From contig JAQFVV010000003.1 in the NCBI GenBank assembly GCA_028023455.1, forward strand, positions 12,524,001-12,588,000: a stretch of 64,000 nt of DNA, read 5' to 3'. A program made the translations under genes and the position numbers. Positions 1 through 13,900 of the stretch are shown here, one piece after another. The first letter of the stretch is position 1. Every line of letters begins with the position of its first letter. The notes beneath the pieces are model-generated. The model was not told the origin of the DNA, ran no database searches, and saw only the letters and a program-made list of their open reading frames with translations. The DNA comes from Epiperipatus broadwayi (lineage: Eukaryota > Animalia > Onychophora).

Positions 1-2780
1 AGTTGGTAAATATTGCATATATAAAAAAATTATCTATTCAAAGAATGATTCCAGTATCATTTAATATATTTTCCAAGAGAAATTGTTTATTTTATAAAAT
101 GGTTTGAAACAAATATTTAGAATGTGTTTTATCATGAATCAATGTAAATCCAGAAATTTCAAAGTGTGAATTATTATAAGAATAAAGTCTTCTGAAACAC
201 CAATTACGCTCAACAATTAATTCGTCGAGGATCTCCTTTTTATTTTTGATATACCCTCAATATTTAATTGAAGTAATTTTTATTGTATTTCTTAGATAAA
301 GATAAAATTACTTTATAGAGAGTGCACCTAGTAACTTGAGATATTCTATAATTGCCAACACCATGTAAATATTTTTTTTTATTTTGACTAAGATTTTCAG
401 CTCTATAATCCTGAAATGTCAATCCCAATTTTTATTATGTAATTTCATAATTTGATGTCTTTAACCAGTAGTTTATATAGATAAAGTCTGATTTCCATGT
501 GGAAACAATGTGTTACACACTAATATGTGCTAGTCATATGATGAGCTGTAAGAGAACTGTCATCCACTCTTCCCAAGGCATAATGAAGTAACTACATATT
601 GAAAAATAACTTTGTCATTATTTTCCCACTCCCTCCTTAATACAATTTATTATCATCTCAATATTTAAACCTTCAATAACTTTTAATACCATATTTAATG
701 AATCTTTTATATCAAGCAATTTATCAAAATGTGCATCATATACTTAAGATTTTATAACTTCCAATCTTAAGAATATGTCCACAATATGTTTAATTTCTTT
801 TACACTAATAGCTTATTTTATTTTTAATATCAATATTCTTTTTGAACACTATTTGTCTAGAATTTTCATTGATACAGTAATAATAAGCAAATGTAGTTTC
901 CACTTAATACCCTCACAACTCATTCAGCACTGCACATTCCAAATATAATTTAATAACTTTTGTTTGATTGTCCATCAGAGTAGCAAAAGTATTTTCCCAA
1001 ATAGGAAAAAAAATTTTTTATCTTTACAACACTATAACTGATGTTTAGTTCTTCTTTATAAATATCATCTTAATTTTTTTCATTTTTCATAATTAGTTTA
1101 GTAACAATATTTGAAAAATATATAAAAAGTAACTAATTAATTACAGAATATGAATTTGAAAATTACAAAAAGCTATTTTAGAAGATTATTATATAAGTTT
1201 GTCATAATGATTTTAGTCAGAATACTATTTTCAATAAATGCTGATTAATTTTCTGTTTATTTACCTGATCAAATTAAAAAAAATTGCATGGGTGAGTATA
1301 ATAAATTCTAAAAAAAATTATAAGACTTGAATTTTTATTAAAATGAGAAAATATGCTTCCATACTTGTTCTTAACTATACTAATGCAGTATATATTGATA
1401 TTTGACATATTTGTGAATTAGATTATTTAAAAAGCTGGTTTATTGATTCCAAATATAATCATGGTGAACAAATTACAGAAATCAAATGATACTTGAAAAT
1501 TAAAATTAACAAGTTTGAGTTTTAATTCACGATTTTTTCATTCTTGATAGTGTTATACCTTCAGCAAACCAAGTGCTATGTTTTGATGTTGGAAATGATA
1601 TGACATCTAAATGCTAAAAGTAACAGGTTGTGTTTGAATTCAAGTCTTTATTTCTAGAGTTTATCGTTCTATCAATGTGCCAAAATGTTCAGGTCAATGA
1701 CTTGTTAAAATTATCTATTATCATTTCTTATAGAAACATCATTATTTCTTAGTTATCCTTTTGGTGTAGTTTATTTTATTTCTTCTAAAAACTTCATATC
1801 TATAATATTAATGTGCTTATTTCATCATAGTAGAAGTAAAAGTTTTCATAAGAATTCAACTATTAAATTAAACTCAAAAATTTTTAATATTATTAGGAAA
1901 AAAAAGTTTGATATATATACAAAGTAAAACATAAACTTTTACCATCGTTTTAATGTATTTTTTATTTATAAGTTATCAAACTCTTGTTTCATTTTTTTTT
2001 TTTTTTTAAATATATATATATAAAAAAAGGTAAAAATGTTACTTTTGTAAATAATTGCATATGAGATATAGATACATTATTTCGATAAGTTTTTTTTTTA
2101 AAAAAAAAATTGATACAAAAAGAGAAATATATACTACTATGCATAAATAATAATAACCATTTTTCTATGCAATTTACACAATGCAAATGCAATGATTTTA
2201 CTATTTCATATTTTTAAAAATAACTGATAACTATCCAACAGTCATACAGTATATAAAAATAAACTATTGTAATAAATTAAAATATACAAAAAAAAATTAT
2301 ATTACAATAATAAAACTACAAAAAAATTAATTTAATTCAATCTAATTTTTTAATATTAATTTTATATTTATATCAAATTATATTTAATCTTAAAAAATGA
2401 AAAATTTTAAATACTTTCCAATAACATCTATCTTTATATCTTTAAATTTATATATTATGTTACACATTATTTTTTGATATATATTTAGAATGTGTGTGTG
2501 TGGGGGGGGGGGTAAATATATTTAAATTCTAAAGTTCTCTTGGGGGGGGGGGAGATATTGCTGCTAAAACTAGATAATGTAAATGCCATCTCATATACTT
2601 TTAATGATGCATTACTTGCCACTATTTTTGGCAACAGGTTAAAATATATACTTTTAAATATTATAATGAAATTAAATCCAAGCATATTTTATTATTAGAA
2701 AAAAAGTTAAAAAAAAGAATGTCATTAATATTAACTTTACTACAAACAATAAAAAATCAGAAATTATATTCTACAGATAA

Positions 2781-3024
2781 ATAATATTCCTGTAGTATAA
2801 TTTTAACTACACCATTGGGTAGGGACTGGTTTCTATCCACTTTTAACACCTTGTGGAAGTGTGTAATTATTAACATATGACCAAAGACATGTGGGGATTC
2901 ACATGTCTTTACTCACATGTTTATGATTACAAACCTCTACAAGGTGTTAAAAGCAGATAGAAAACAGTCCCTCTCTACCTTGCTTGAAACTGGTGTAATG
3001 AAAATTATACTAAAGAAATATTAT
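2781..3024. repeat. Fold-back element built from part of the array A' unit
   Basis: About 100-bp imperfect inverted arms containing ggtttctatccacttttaacaccttgt and acaaggtgttaaaagcagatagaaaac, with a central AAGACATGTG/CACATGTCTT hairpin. Confidence 0.75.
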
Positions 3025-5149
3025 TCATTAAGTGAATATATAATCTGTAGTATAATGAATGACTAATAAAAATTACTAACTTACTCTATAGATGTTATAG
3101 TGTTTTTGAGTGAAACAGTTCAAAATAATTATCAACCAAATTGAGAGTTATTAAAATCAGTGATGTATTAATAATTATATATATATATATTCTATATTAG
3201 CCCATTATTTAATTATTATATATAGTAGCCAAATTCTGAATTCGTAGGACAAAACTCAGAAATTCTGCCTTCACTAGTTATATCAAATCCCAACATCATT
3301 AATCACAAATTCTAGTAAAATGAATTTTATTTAGATTAAACTTATTTCAATTATTTTATTTCCAAATTTGAAAGATGAAACAGCAATTAAATGTAATGCT
3401 CTTTATAGTTAACAAGCACAAATATCTGATTAGATAAACATTATAATCAATTCCATTTTTTTCACAAATCTGACATTTTTATATATCCATTAAAAAAACG
3501 TCATTTATAAAATCCACAATTATTACTGTGTTGCTTTTTATACAATCAGTAAGCATATAGAGACCAGTGATGTATTGTTTTTGGAAGTAAATAAGCATTG
3601 ATTTTCCTATATTCTTAATAATATTTTCATATTTATCATATTTTACAAACCTTAACTTTCTATTCATAAAAAAATTACCAAATTAAGCATTTATTTATCT
3701 TGGCTATTCATTTAATAAAGCATGCACAATGCTTTCAAAATGAAATTCTTCTATAATATTTTCTAGCAATGGCTTTTTTTTTAAAACCACATGTATAAGC
3801 ATTAATGAAAGCAATTTTTTAATTTTTCTGGCATATCATGATAATAGTTCACTATTTTATGAAAGCAATTTTCAAGTTTAAATACATATAGTAATAACAT
3901 TATAACGTTATATAGTTTTTCCCTAATATGACGTGACACTAATTAAATGTCTCAAATAAATTATGTAATACTATAAATTTGACATTGTCAATAATAATTG
4001 TATTAAAATAAATTAATAAAGTAAGAGTAATAATAATAATTGCAATTAATTTTTTTTTTCATAATGACAAAAAATAAGACAAAAAGCATCACAATATACT
4101 GTATTTCATCATCAATTTGATAATATTAATATATAAATTACATCTTTTTTTTTTAATTTGTAATTTATACAGATGAATTAAATTTGAAAATGAAAAAAAG
4201 ACAATTTTTGAAATATCTTCAATTTAATAATATATATTAGGATTAATAATAGCCAAACATATATATTATAATCATGTGACAAAAATATAAGTACAAAAAA
4301 AAATCTCAAAATTAATCAATAAAATATTATGTAGCTATAACCTTACAATAATTCAAAATTCTTCAAAAAAAAGTCAATATTAACACATAATACATTTGTT
4401 TGTTTTTCCTGCTTATTTATAATTTTGTTTATAATCCTTAGTGTATAATATAATTGTATTGTACAATTATACAATTATGGTCCAATTTTATTTTCTCATC
4501 ATGTTATCTTATTAAAGCATGATCATACATTATGCATGAAAATTTAATTTTTAGTCACTCTTATACAGTGGCAATAGACAAGTTTATAAACTATTGGAGT
4601 CTATCTCTGCCATCATGATAGTTCAAAAAATATTCTAATCCAAGCACTAATTTTATTTGGATATCTTTATTCTTTTCCTTCATTTCTTCTTCATTATTCT
4701 CTTCTTCCTATGATTTATAGAGTTTTTAGTGACACATAATCTACTGTTGTTTTTGCATGAATTATATTCCTGTTTTGATAAATGATAATTCTTAAAAAAA
4801 AAAACATGTTTATGACCATTCAAAAGTAAAGACAAAAGAATAAAATCATTTGTTTTTCTTCGAAATTACAAAATAATATTAAAAACATATATAATATATT
4901 TATTTAAATCATTCTTCCAATTTAATAGCCAAAAAAAAAAAAAAGTCAAAAATATGATTTTAATTTTTAAAAGACTATTAATTCTATCCTCATTTGACCA
5001 TTTTTACATATTTTATTTCTGAATATATAATATATTGGTCCACTTAAACTTACTTAATACTTGCACACACAAATATAATTGAACCCACAAAAATATGTAT
5101 TTTCTTTTTTCATTTTTTTTTTTTAATGATGAACAATCTTATAAACATA

Positions 5150-5750
5150 TATCAGTATTACTAAAATACAGATTAACACATCAATCCAGATAATTTTCTC
5201 CAAGTACTTACTTCTATTACTTACTTAGCCTTAAAACAGTCACTGCTATCCAGTGTAAAAAGTTTTTTTATCTATCAATTTTTTTCTACTATCATCTTCC
5301 ATAATCCTTTCATCATTTCAATTGCAAATCTACTATTTATGAGCAATTTCTATTCCCTAATTTTCTCAATAAATAATCATTCTGCACTCATTATTTTCAA
5401 CACTTCTATATTATTTTTAACCTTGTACAACCTATCATTTCCCCTTTAAATTGTATTTCTAAAGAGGAATCATTTTTCCTTCTTTTACCAATAATCCAAG
5501 TTTCTACTTCATACAACATGATACTTCAAAAAAAGTATTTAACGTCTTGTAAATCCAATTTCAATAGGCTACAAATAACATTCTATCCTTAATAGATGAT
5601 TAGACAATGTCCATTTTAATTTATTTATTGCTATTTCCATTCTCTCAATTAATCACTTCCTAAATATTTAAATACATAATCTGTGTTAAAACTTCCTGAC
5701 AGAATGGCTCATAATCCTTTATTCTTTACATTTTCACTGCTTTACTATTA
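5150..5750 (-). mobile_element. RTE-like LINE C-terminal remnant
   Basis: Minus-strand fragment resembling IMLYEVETWIIGKRRK (the LYG.ETW motif of RTE elements); heavily decayed, boundaries approximate. Confidence 0.5.
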
Positions 5751-8700
5751 ACTGTATTCATATATATACAATAATTAAAAATAAATTCGCTATTAAAATT
5801 TTCTTTACACAAAAAAAGGTAAAGGCAAAAAAATTTCCGATTTTTTAAAGAGAGAGGGGGGTACTGTAAAGAATTTAATATATTAATTGTTTCAAACAAT
5901 TTTAATAGTCTCTCTGGTTGAGATGATTATCATTAATTACTTCCTCAATCTTTTATATATTCAAAGACAATCATTTTAATTAATATATAGATGTACAAAA
6001 GTATATAATTTTAAATTCATTTTTCAACCATGAAAAACTTTTCCTACAAGTACATATATTTTATGTATCTTGTGTTCTATAATAAATCTTGAATATGAGA
6101 TGGCTACTTAAACATTAACAAGTGTTCAGTGTTTGATCTCAATGCCCTTTGCTAAAAAATATATTTGGAATCATAAAACCTGCTTTCAGCAAAACACATA
6201 ACTAAAATGTAATTTTAATAGAAATATATGCTTATGTATTTTATATGACAATAATATTTCTTTCTTTCATCCATTACTCTCTTTCTTGAAGATTCTGGAG
6301 AAAATCAATCTATTAAATGAAGTTTATAATTCTCCCTTAATTAGTTATAATAATTTTACTTTTGTAATAATTTAATTATTTTTGTTATCTAATTAAGTCT
6401 TTTACCTTTCATAATATATCATCAATAGTATTTTCAATCATTATCAATTCAAGATAGATGAAGATTTTTCCGATACTTATTGCTTCTCTTCTTCACTCAC
6501 TATCCATCCACATCACAAATAATCTCTTAAAATTTCTCAGAATCTTGCCGTCAACTGATCTAGTATCATGCCAAGTTCAGTTCTATTTTAGCTGCTTAAT
6601 TTTTTTAATGAAGTCATAATATTCTATTTTTTAAATAATACTTCCCATAAATGTATAGAGGGCTAAATATCCAGGTTTTATTCTTAACTCAAATCTCAGT
6701 ATGCAATTATCACAATTTTTCTTGCCTTATATTTTGTCCTGGGTAGTTATATCAGTGCAATAGTACATACTGTGGTAAATAAAAATTGAACAATTTATTT
6801 CTGTCTGAAAAAAAAAAATCTCAATCTAAATGAAATGAAACCATTTTGGTATGTGAACATCTCTAAACCCATTAATAACTAAATACCAGTACAAATATAT
6901 TTATATTATTATCATTGGTCAAAAGTGTCTTTTGTTTTTCATGAATTTCCTTGGCCTATTTAAATTAGATGAAAAGATAATCTTGTTAAATATTTGGAAT
7001 GTAGCTCTTCATGGAGAAGAGACTTGAATGATTAATAAAAGTTGAGAGAATCAATATCTTCAGAGATGTAAGTACAGAGCTACATTCAAAGATTTAATAA
7101 ACCACTTTTTCATTTAATTTAAGAAGGCCAAGAAAATTAATGGGGGGAAAAGGCAATAAGATAGAAAAAGACAGCTAAAAATATAAAAGTATTAATAATA
7201 GTATGGAATTGAGTATTTAATGAGACAATTGAAAAAAAATTGCTTTTGCATTCTTCTTCTCAGTACCAGGGCCATTAAAAATATTCCATCCATAATCTAT
7301 CTACTAAGTTCTAAATCTTGTTATTTTCAGCCTCATAACCAGTAATGGTTGGTCTGAATTCTATTTTTTTAGGATTTGTCCTCATGGAAGAACTTAACAT
7401 AGCAATGTTGCTGCTGACATAGTTCTCAGAGTTATCAGAGCATGCAAAACTTCTTGTTAAATTTATTATTTATCTACAATCAAGGTGGAATCCACAGGAA
7501 AAACAATGATGTCCATTTACAAGATGAAATAGAGGATGAGATAGAAATTATGGGAAAAACTTTTTATCATATCAAAAAAAAAAACAGAAATATGTTTCTA
7601 TATATAGATTCACTAATTGGAATCAACTTGATAAAATCTAACAATAATACAAAAATGAAAATATACCTCCACGATCTAAATTCAGGATTAGATGATCCAA
7701 CTTTGATGTTTAAAACTATTTCATAAAATAATAAACAATAAAGAATCTAATCATTAAAACTTTGAAAGATTTGTAATATAATTTTTATTTAGAAATGTTT
7801 TAAATAAATCAGTGTTAATAAGAGATTGACAAACAATGGCAAAATACCAACAAAAATGATTACTGGCATGGTCAAATAAATTGGTTAATTGGCAATGCCT
7901 GTAACAGCCATATCAAAGGTGATGGCTTAAATTGTAAATATTCTAATACTTTTTTATTAATAACAGATTCTACATCTTTATATATCATTTGTAATTCAAT
8001 ATTCCATAAATTAACAATTTTTTAAATATAACATTTTTTATGCATAATGTTATCTGAACATTGTACTTAAACCTAGGAAAACAACTCATCTGTGCTCTCC
8101 TCTACATGGTCATCAATACTGAAACATTAATGAAACATCCCATTCTATAACTGCATATATAAATTATTGCAATATTACCAAAAAAGTGTAAAATATTAAA
8201 AAATAAAATAATGTGATTAAACATATTACTAGATTTTACATGAAAAAAATCTATTTTTAATAAAGTTCCTTGTCTTATTCTTATGTCAGATATATTTAAC
8301 ATATTTCATATTTTCAAATATCAACAGAAGAAATACAATTAATTAAATCATGATTGGGATAAAAACAGAAATTGAAAACTGAAATTGCTAAATCTAAGCT
8401 TAGTCTCCAGATTATATCAATGGATGCCAATGGTAGCTTTTTTCCAACTCCAGAAATTATCGTGAAAGCAATGACTAAAATCAATGGACATTAAATGTGA
8501 ATAACCCAAATTTTGTGATTGTTTTCTAAAAAGTGATTTTCTTCAAGTAAAAAGTATTGAATATGCATTATTCTTTGATAAAATAAATAATATGAGCTGG
8601 TTATCTTGAGGCCATTTAAGAGTTTATTTGAAACTCATTATAAGAGCAAGTTAAGAATAAAAATAACCAAAGAGTGGAGTCAATGAAAATCCAGTATCTT

Positions 8701-8999
8701 CTATTTGAAAAAGGCCAATTATCTAGAAACTAATCATAAGAATTTGATTGCAATACCATTTAGTGTTCATTAATTTCATTCATTGCTTACATTGTGGCTT
8801 CTGAAATTGGAAAAGAGATGTCATTAGCAATAATTTGGTCAAACATAAAATTAGTCTAAATTGTTTTGGTCATCTATAAATTAAATTACAAAAATAAAAT
8901 TACATGATCATTACCAGATACTAGCAAATAATTATAGTCATCTTTAATTAATGAAAATAAAAAATACAGAAAAACAAAAAATTAAAAATGAATTTTAAG

Positions 9000-10950
9000 A
9001 TGACTATGCAAATTAATTTACAAATTCTAAACAAACCCATTATAGAAAGTGATCTTCCAGCTATTTTATTTAACTTTTTGCAATATTATATTTCAATTTT
9101 ATCTAGAATAAACTTCTGACAGACTTCAACAGCTTACTTAAATACAGTTCTTCAAATATTCAATTTCTTATTATATTTCTCTCAATATAGGCAATCAATA
9201 TCACACCTCTTAAAAAAATCTTTATGATAATATTTATAATATAAACAGTCTATCTTTGCACTGTAAACTATGCTCAATTTATTATAAAGTTCTTTTTAGG
9301 AATTGTTATGGTAATTGTTTTGCATATCCAATCTAATGAATATATCATCTTATAATAATGTATTCAATATCATTATATTAGGCAAGATGAACAACATACA
9401 TTGTCTTATAATTTTGCTATTATATTTTCAGAATTTTATAAAGCATTCTTAATTGCAAATATCCATATTAATTTAATTCCTAACTCTTTACAATACCTTT
9501 GAAATAAACTTTATAAAATAAAGTTTTCTCTCAAAAAAAACATGCTTAATTCATCATAAAATACTTTTTAGAAATTACTGTTCTTACTGCAATATCATAT
9601 CTATTTTCATAAAATAAATTTGGCAGAATAATAATCTTTTTATACAATTAATTTAATAGAAACAATTACTCCACTATGATACCCCCACCCCTCTTTTTTA
9701 ACTCTTAAATGCAACAACAGTCCACAGAAGTATATCCTGCATCGCACCAATGAAGTCAGCCTTTTTAGCTAAAAAACTGAGATATTTAATTTACACACTT
9801 AAAGTTATATAACTATCCAAGCCAAAAATTCCTCATGATTTAATTTCCATCACTGATTAATAAAACAACAGTTTTTTTAACATTAATTACTAAAGCAAAT
9901 TATTTATAAATTGCATTTTAGACAATGAAAACAATATAGAAGTTACTGCATAACCCTGTTTAACATGTTTTCAAACTCAAATTTTCCATTATTAGTAATA
10001 ACGCATCCCCTCATACCACTGTATAGCAGCTGTATGATAAGAATCAATTTCTAGAGACAAACTTCTAATTTCAAATATTGCTACATCTTCTAAGCTGAGT
10101 CAAATACTTTACCTAAATTACCATACCATCAATGTAATAAATATTGAATGTCTTTTAAAAAATTCATACTTTATTTAAACTTTCCAAATACATTTAATTG
10201 TTAGTAATATCATAGCACAATATTTTGAATAGTGTACCACCTCTTTTCTTCAATTGTTGCTGGTCTAACCAGTGATAATATTAGCATAGGAATCGAACCT
10301 GAACCTTTAAATTCATGAATATCGAATTTAAGGTGATGTTAGATACATGAACATTGAATTTAAGATAACACTAATCAATTGACCTATTCTACTTAAGGTA
10401 GAATAATTCAAATGATTAGAGCATTACCTTAAATTCAATATTCATAAATATAAAGACCCAGGTTCAATTCCCACCCTAATAACGTCACTGGTCAAGCCAG
10501 AAACATCTTAATAACAGTTGAATATATTTAGAAAGTTTTAAAAAAGTTTGAATTTTTCTAAAGACATTCAATATTTAAAATTAGATGATGAAAATAATCC
10601 AATTACTAAAATGCCATTGTCAAAAATCTCTAGACAAAAATATTAATATCACATTTTAAAATATTTGTAAAAATCTCATAAAAAATCTGCAGTCTTTCTA
10701 TTTTTAATTTCATTAAACTAAATAACTGTTCAAATCTAAACAAGTTGGTCAAATGGATTATCATCAGTAGCAGATATCTGAATTAATGTAACATTATTTA
10801 AAAAAAGATTAAAAATACTCCCTTCATTAAAAATATTATTGACATATAAAAAAATATCATCCATTGATTTAATAAGACTATGATATTGATTTTCAAATCC
10901 CCACATTACTTTTAATGTAATAAAAAAAAATTTTAAGTACATGATTAGTA
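9000..10950 (-). mobile_element. Penelope-type reverse transcriptase remnants
   Basis: Two YxDD-like fragments (DDIFI near 9330; SMDDIFLYV...FNLFLNNV in ORF 10736-10942) and a thumb-like IDCL.Y...LNI.RTVFK fragment near 9150-9260. Heavily decayed. Confidence 0.55.
10255..10505. repeat. Fold-back element with tRNA B-box-like arms
   Basis: About 85-bp inverted arms containing GGAATCGAACC and GGTTCAATTCCC, with a central TATTCTAC/GTAGAATA hairpin. Confidence 0.7.
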
Positions 10951-13900
10951 AATAATTATATCTCCTTTGCAGTTTAATTCACCAATCATTGTTTAAATTT
11001 TTTATTAAGTTATAGAATATTCTGCAATTAAATCTCTATGTTGCTTATAAAATGCCATATTTATTTGATTATTTTGCCAGAGAATGCAGTATATATATAT
11101 TTAATTAAATAATTAATAATAGGATCAGTATCAGTAAACCAAATAGGATTTTTTTTTTTTTTAATAAACCCTGGAACAGATTTTCTTGTATTCACAATAC
11201 ATACCTTAATATAATTCCAAGACTCAGAAGCATGTCAACCTTGAAAATACAAATGAGCAATTCTGATGTTAAGTATTGAAATTAGCACAAGTGGCAATTG
11301 TTTTAAGCGATAAACATTGGATTTAATATGTTTGGGGTAAGAATTTATTTTCAATGCAATTATCATTTCAATCTTGGAATATATTAGTCTATGATCTGTA
11401 CAACAATCTGTAGTTAAAAATGCTCATATAGAGTAACTTCATTTACATTTCAACTTCTAATTATAACATAATCCATAAGATCCTTATTGTTTGAGCATGA
11501 ATATGCCCAAGTCCCTTTATACCAATTTTTAACTAAACAAAGTTCTGGAGTAGTTTGTCCATGAACTATACAAAAAAATCAATAATAGGAGAAATCCATA
11601 ACTAATATAATTATTTTAAATAATTCTGAACTATAGTTTATTGCTTCTAGCACTATATATATATTGAAGCAGGAAATATAGTATATATTTCTGCTTCACC
11701 TATTGCCAATGTCATCAGCACTAGTATGGGTTTAAACGCAATCTTATATTAACTGATACCCATCTCATAATAGGTGAAAGTATATTTTTAATATTATAAT
11801 CTTTTATATTTCATTAATTTTATTTTATAATTAAAACTAACCTTTTATGATAGTTTATTTATTTTGTATTTGTAAAAAATGTATATTGTGTTTATTTTGT
11901 TAAATCGAATTGAACCCTGGATATCTATAAAATGTTACAAATATTTTAAATTCTTTTATTAAAATTCACTTTTCTTCAATTAATCAGTTGGTAACATTTT
12001 ATATTTATCTTTTAATCAATGTACATTAGAGAGTCAATCATTTCAACAATGTAATATTTGTAAGAAATGTTTTGTAAATTTCTGTTTAAGTTTATGTCAA
12101 ATATGTTTGAAAGTCATTGTACCAAATTCCTAAAATTTTTCTGAATAAAATCTACATTTTTGTTAATCTAAACCTTAATTAAATAGATTTTGTTAGTACA
12201 ATGACTGATAAACTTAATATGCTTGTTGTTGTTTTTTTAATTAGCAAATCAACCCTTGGGGCATGTTCATGCAGAGTTATAGATTTTCCTTCCAAAGCAG
12301 GCACCAACCTTAAAGAAACAGTTTGAGCGATTGCAATTGGCAGTTGTCACTGTAGATTCAATCCTATAGATAAAGATCAGAACACATAAATAGTGGAAAA
12401 TTTGATGATTTTATTATTGAGTTTACATGAGAGAAGTGATTAATCTATATATACATTGTGGCTAAAGAAATGATGGGGTGAAAAGATCGGTCGTTTGCTT
12501 CCCAGAGGTCTGTTCCACCAACTCATCCATGCCTTTCCAGTGCTTAAACATCTAGCCAGAGACTGTGTCGAGGAAGCCTGAAATGATCTGACTGTATTAA
12601 CTGCCTGCATTAACTGATTGATTCTGAGGTTACATCCAATTCGTTGCAAACCATTGATTTTATTTTACTTGTTTTTCAAATCAATACTAATGTATATTTT
12701 ATATATCTGTGTGATGTTTATACAGCTTGGTTTAAATGCATCTTTTAATTTTATTAAATTTAAAATATCAATTCTTATAAAATCTTACATTATTTTGATG
12801 CGGCAAATTAAATTAATTTTGTTGGTTTATTTAGAATATTTGATTTACTGAAATTTCCAAGTACGAAATTCAATGAGCTATTAATTTTAAATTCTCTCCC
12901 TCTTAATTTTCCAGTCAAAATCATTACTGGACACTTACTTCCAGTAAATTAATTAATAGAAAAGCTTGTTTAGTTTTGTACCTTTTATATTATAAATTCA
13001 TTTTAAATTTATTTGAATGATTGAAATTATTTTAAAAGTATCTTACTATTACCTCCAATTTAAAATAGCCCTGTAATTATTTCTGAAAGAATAAATAATT
13101 TTAGTGAATCAATTAAGTAAAATTTACCATAGAATTTTATCAGTATATATATTTCATACATATATTTTATTTGTCAGAAAATATTAAAATTATGATTTAC
13201 AATTTATTAGTTTGATATTTAATGCCCATCTATGTTAATTAAAACAGTCTTATTTTGTAATCTTTGAAATTATTTAAGAACTTATTAATAAATGAAATAT
13301 TTGTGAAGTGTGGTAAACAATTTATATTTTAGTTAATTCTTTATATATATATATATTATATTTATGATTCATTCATTAGTGGATTAAGGTTTGTAGGGAC
13401 TTTCTGTCGACGTCAGGGAACTGATTATTTTAATCAGGAATTCATTTATTAATTTTGTTAGTGATACACTATCTATATATATGTCTAAAGCATTATGTAT
13501 TTATAGCTACAACTATTCATTTATTATTTTGCTTTGCTAATTACCTCTTAGGACCTTCCGAAATTTAACTGACCAGTCCAATCTTTCACACTCCCTCAAA
13601 GTAGACATAGTTCATACCAAGGGATTCTTTTCGGGCATTGCTATTAAGATGTGTATGGGAAGTCCAGCACATCAAAACTATTTTATTATTATTCAGACAT
13701 GCTTTGGCTAGAGGGCCAACATTTCTCTTATCTACCTGTACATATCAGAGGTTCATATCAGAGGTTCATAACAGACCTCATTTATTTTTGTTGTAATCTA
13801 TAATAGCATATTGCCTTCTTCATCATTTTATATCTTTATTTAGCAAACCTGAAATGCTCTCCGCCATGATGGCACGTCCTTCACAAACAAATTTTGTAAT

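Noticed and set aside
7442-7726. 94-aa ORF as a host gene
   Set aside because: No recognisable domain or splice context; it lies among decayed TE fragments.
11660-11730. Minus-strand CTGATGA...GAAATATATA
   Set aside because: Stem I does not close and stem II is poor; the local palindrome is better explained as a small inverted repeat.
12468-12630. Box C/D snoRNA (ATGATGG...CTGA)
   Set aside because: Box C is imperfect, there is no tight terminal stem or recognisable rRNA/snRNA guide, and it is antisense to the inferred host gene; kept only as an alternative in the 12-14 kb finding.
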